A stretch of DNA of 33,832 nucleotides from Perkinsus chesapeaki ATCC PRA-425 (taxonomy: Eukaryota > Protista > Perkinsozoa), in contig JAAPAO010000388.1 in the NCBI GenBank assembly GCA_013115145.1, positions 1 to 33,832 on the forward strand, written 5' to 3'. Shown piece after piece: positions 32,585 through 33,832 of the stretch (within the stretch, counting starts at the first letter, position 1; each line of letters starts with the position of its first letter). The translations under genes were made by a program, and so were the position numbers. The notes under the pieces were generated by a model. That model made no database searches and was not told where the DNA came from. It worked only from the letters and a program-made list of their open reading frames with translations.

Positions 32585-33832
32585 ATGAGTTCTGATATTC
32601 ATCGTCCTGGAGCTAGCGAACTGCGGAGTCGTGATGTTATGCAGGGAGGTGCCGGTGATGACTCTCCAATCACGGTAAAACTTCGAAAACCTGGATTATC
32701 ACCATATGCAGTCACGTCAACGCTAATGAGGTTATTTCACTCTTGTGAGGTTTATCGCCCTAAATGTATGTCATGGTCCACGAGGTTGGTTCAGATCTGC
32801 CGAAAATCATTTGCGTGCGAGAGTTCAGATATTTCGCGTCATCAAATCAGATGAATAGCTGCGTTCCGGTTGCATTTTCAACTTTCTCTCTGCGTTCGGA
32901 ATTCAGTTTGTGATGTGAGAATACGCAGGTACTTCTGGGTTACCAGTACGCCAGTGGCCATAGGCTACTTCTACAGCTTTATAAGCTTCGATAAAAATAA
33001 TCCCACTACCCGGGGAATGAAATTGGTTGGTCTTCAGGTAGCCTCGAGCTTCAGAAGCTCCTTATCTGCTCGGGGAGCCTCAAACCGAACGATTCTGACC
33101 TCGAACGAACTAGACGACCTATGTGTACAAACCGTACTAGAACGATATCCCCATCACAATGTCACCGGAGGTATCGAACCGTTCGAGGAGAAATATCAAT
33201 GGGACACACAAGATGTTTGGCCAACCTTAAGCGCTTTCGGAGCGTGCATGCGGCCAGCTTCATCGTCTGCCTGCTCTGAGAATGAAAGCCATTCGTCTAT
33301 AAGGCTTCACAGCTCGCCTCCGAGTGTTTCCGGGACGCGAACATTAGCTGACATAGAGACGATACTGAACCAGCTAGATCGCCCCGTAGAGCCGCGCAGA
33401 ATGCGCGATAGTGTTGAGCCGCCACCAAAAGACAGCGCTGTGGGAATGAGTCTCGAGGGAGTACGCTTCTTGGAGGCACTGTCCGCGAAGAGGATACAGA
33501 GGAGCTGGCGGGCCTATATGAAACGACAAGAGATAGTAAGCAGGGGAGTGACTATTTCCACCCATTCCCGAGGCGAACCTCGGAGGTTCAACCTCCCTTT
33601 ACGGCACTGTAGTAGCAGTTGCTATCACACATGTTCTAGAATCATTTTAGTAGAATACGGCAGGCTTCACTTTCTTACCATGGTCAGACGAAAATGTACG
33701 AGAGGACAGCGGAGCGATGCAGGCAAATGGTAGAGGCAACATTGCTCCAGACGGCCATGCAGAATAGCAGGCAAATCGAGAAGGAACTTCTTGCATTGAA
33801 AGTGGGCCATAACCTTGCTCCTAAAGAGTCTG
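32585..33832 (+). CDS. IQ-motif (calmodulin-binding) protein, multi-exon, probably running off the window
   Basis: 'SAKRIQRSWRAYMKRQE' fits IQxxxRxxxxR within ORF 32870-33733. An upstream ATG ORF starts at 32585. Exon boundaries unresolved. Confidence 0.5.

Overview
Gene-dense eukaryotic (protist) nuclear DNA with many short GT-AG introns (typically 41-67 nt). The overall style suggests an alveolate such as Perkinsus, but that is inference. Supported genes: a signal-peptide-like GNAT acetyltransferase, an ALMT/FUSC-type membrane exporter, a C11orf54/DUF1907 homolog with minisatellite-expanded introns, CDC14 phosphatase, an FAH-family hydrolase whose 2,056-nt intron carries an antisense intronless secreted-protein ORF, a DHHC palmitoyltransferase, a transmembrane RING-H2 ligase, CS-domain exons and an IQ-motif protein. 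The two least-explained signals are non-coding. First, I verified by hand about 40 perfect odd-length palindromes (arms >=7 bp, single-base centre; about 2 expected by chance). They often form overlapping chains, include 61-bp and 49-bp examples, and lie almost entirely outside recognisable exons. Second, there are tRNA-derived fragments in introns, two of which are tRNA 3' halves whose first bases supply the 5' splice site. No CRISPR array, rRNA, intact transposon or full spliced-leader relic was found.
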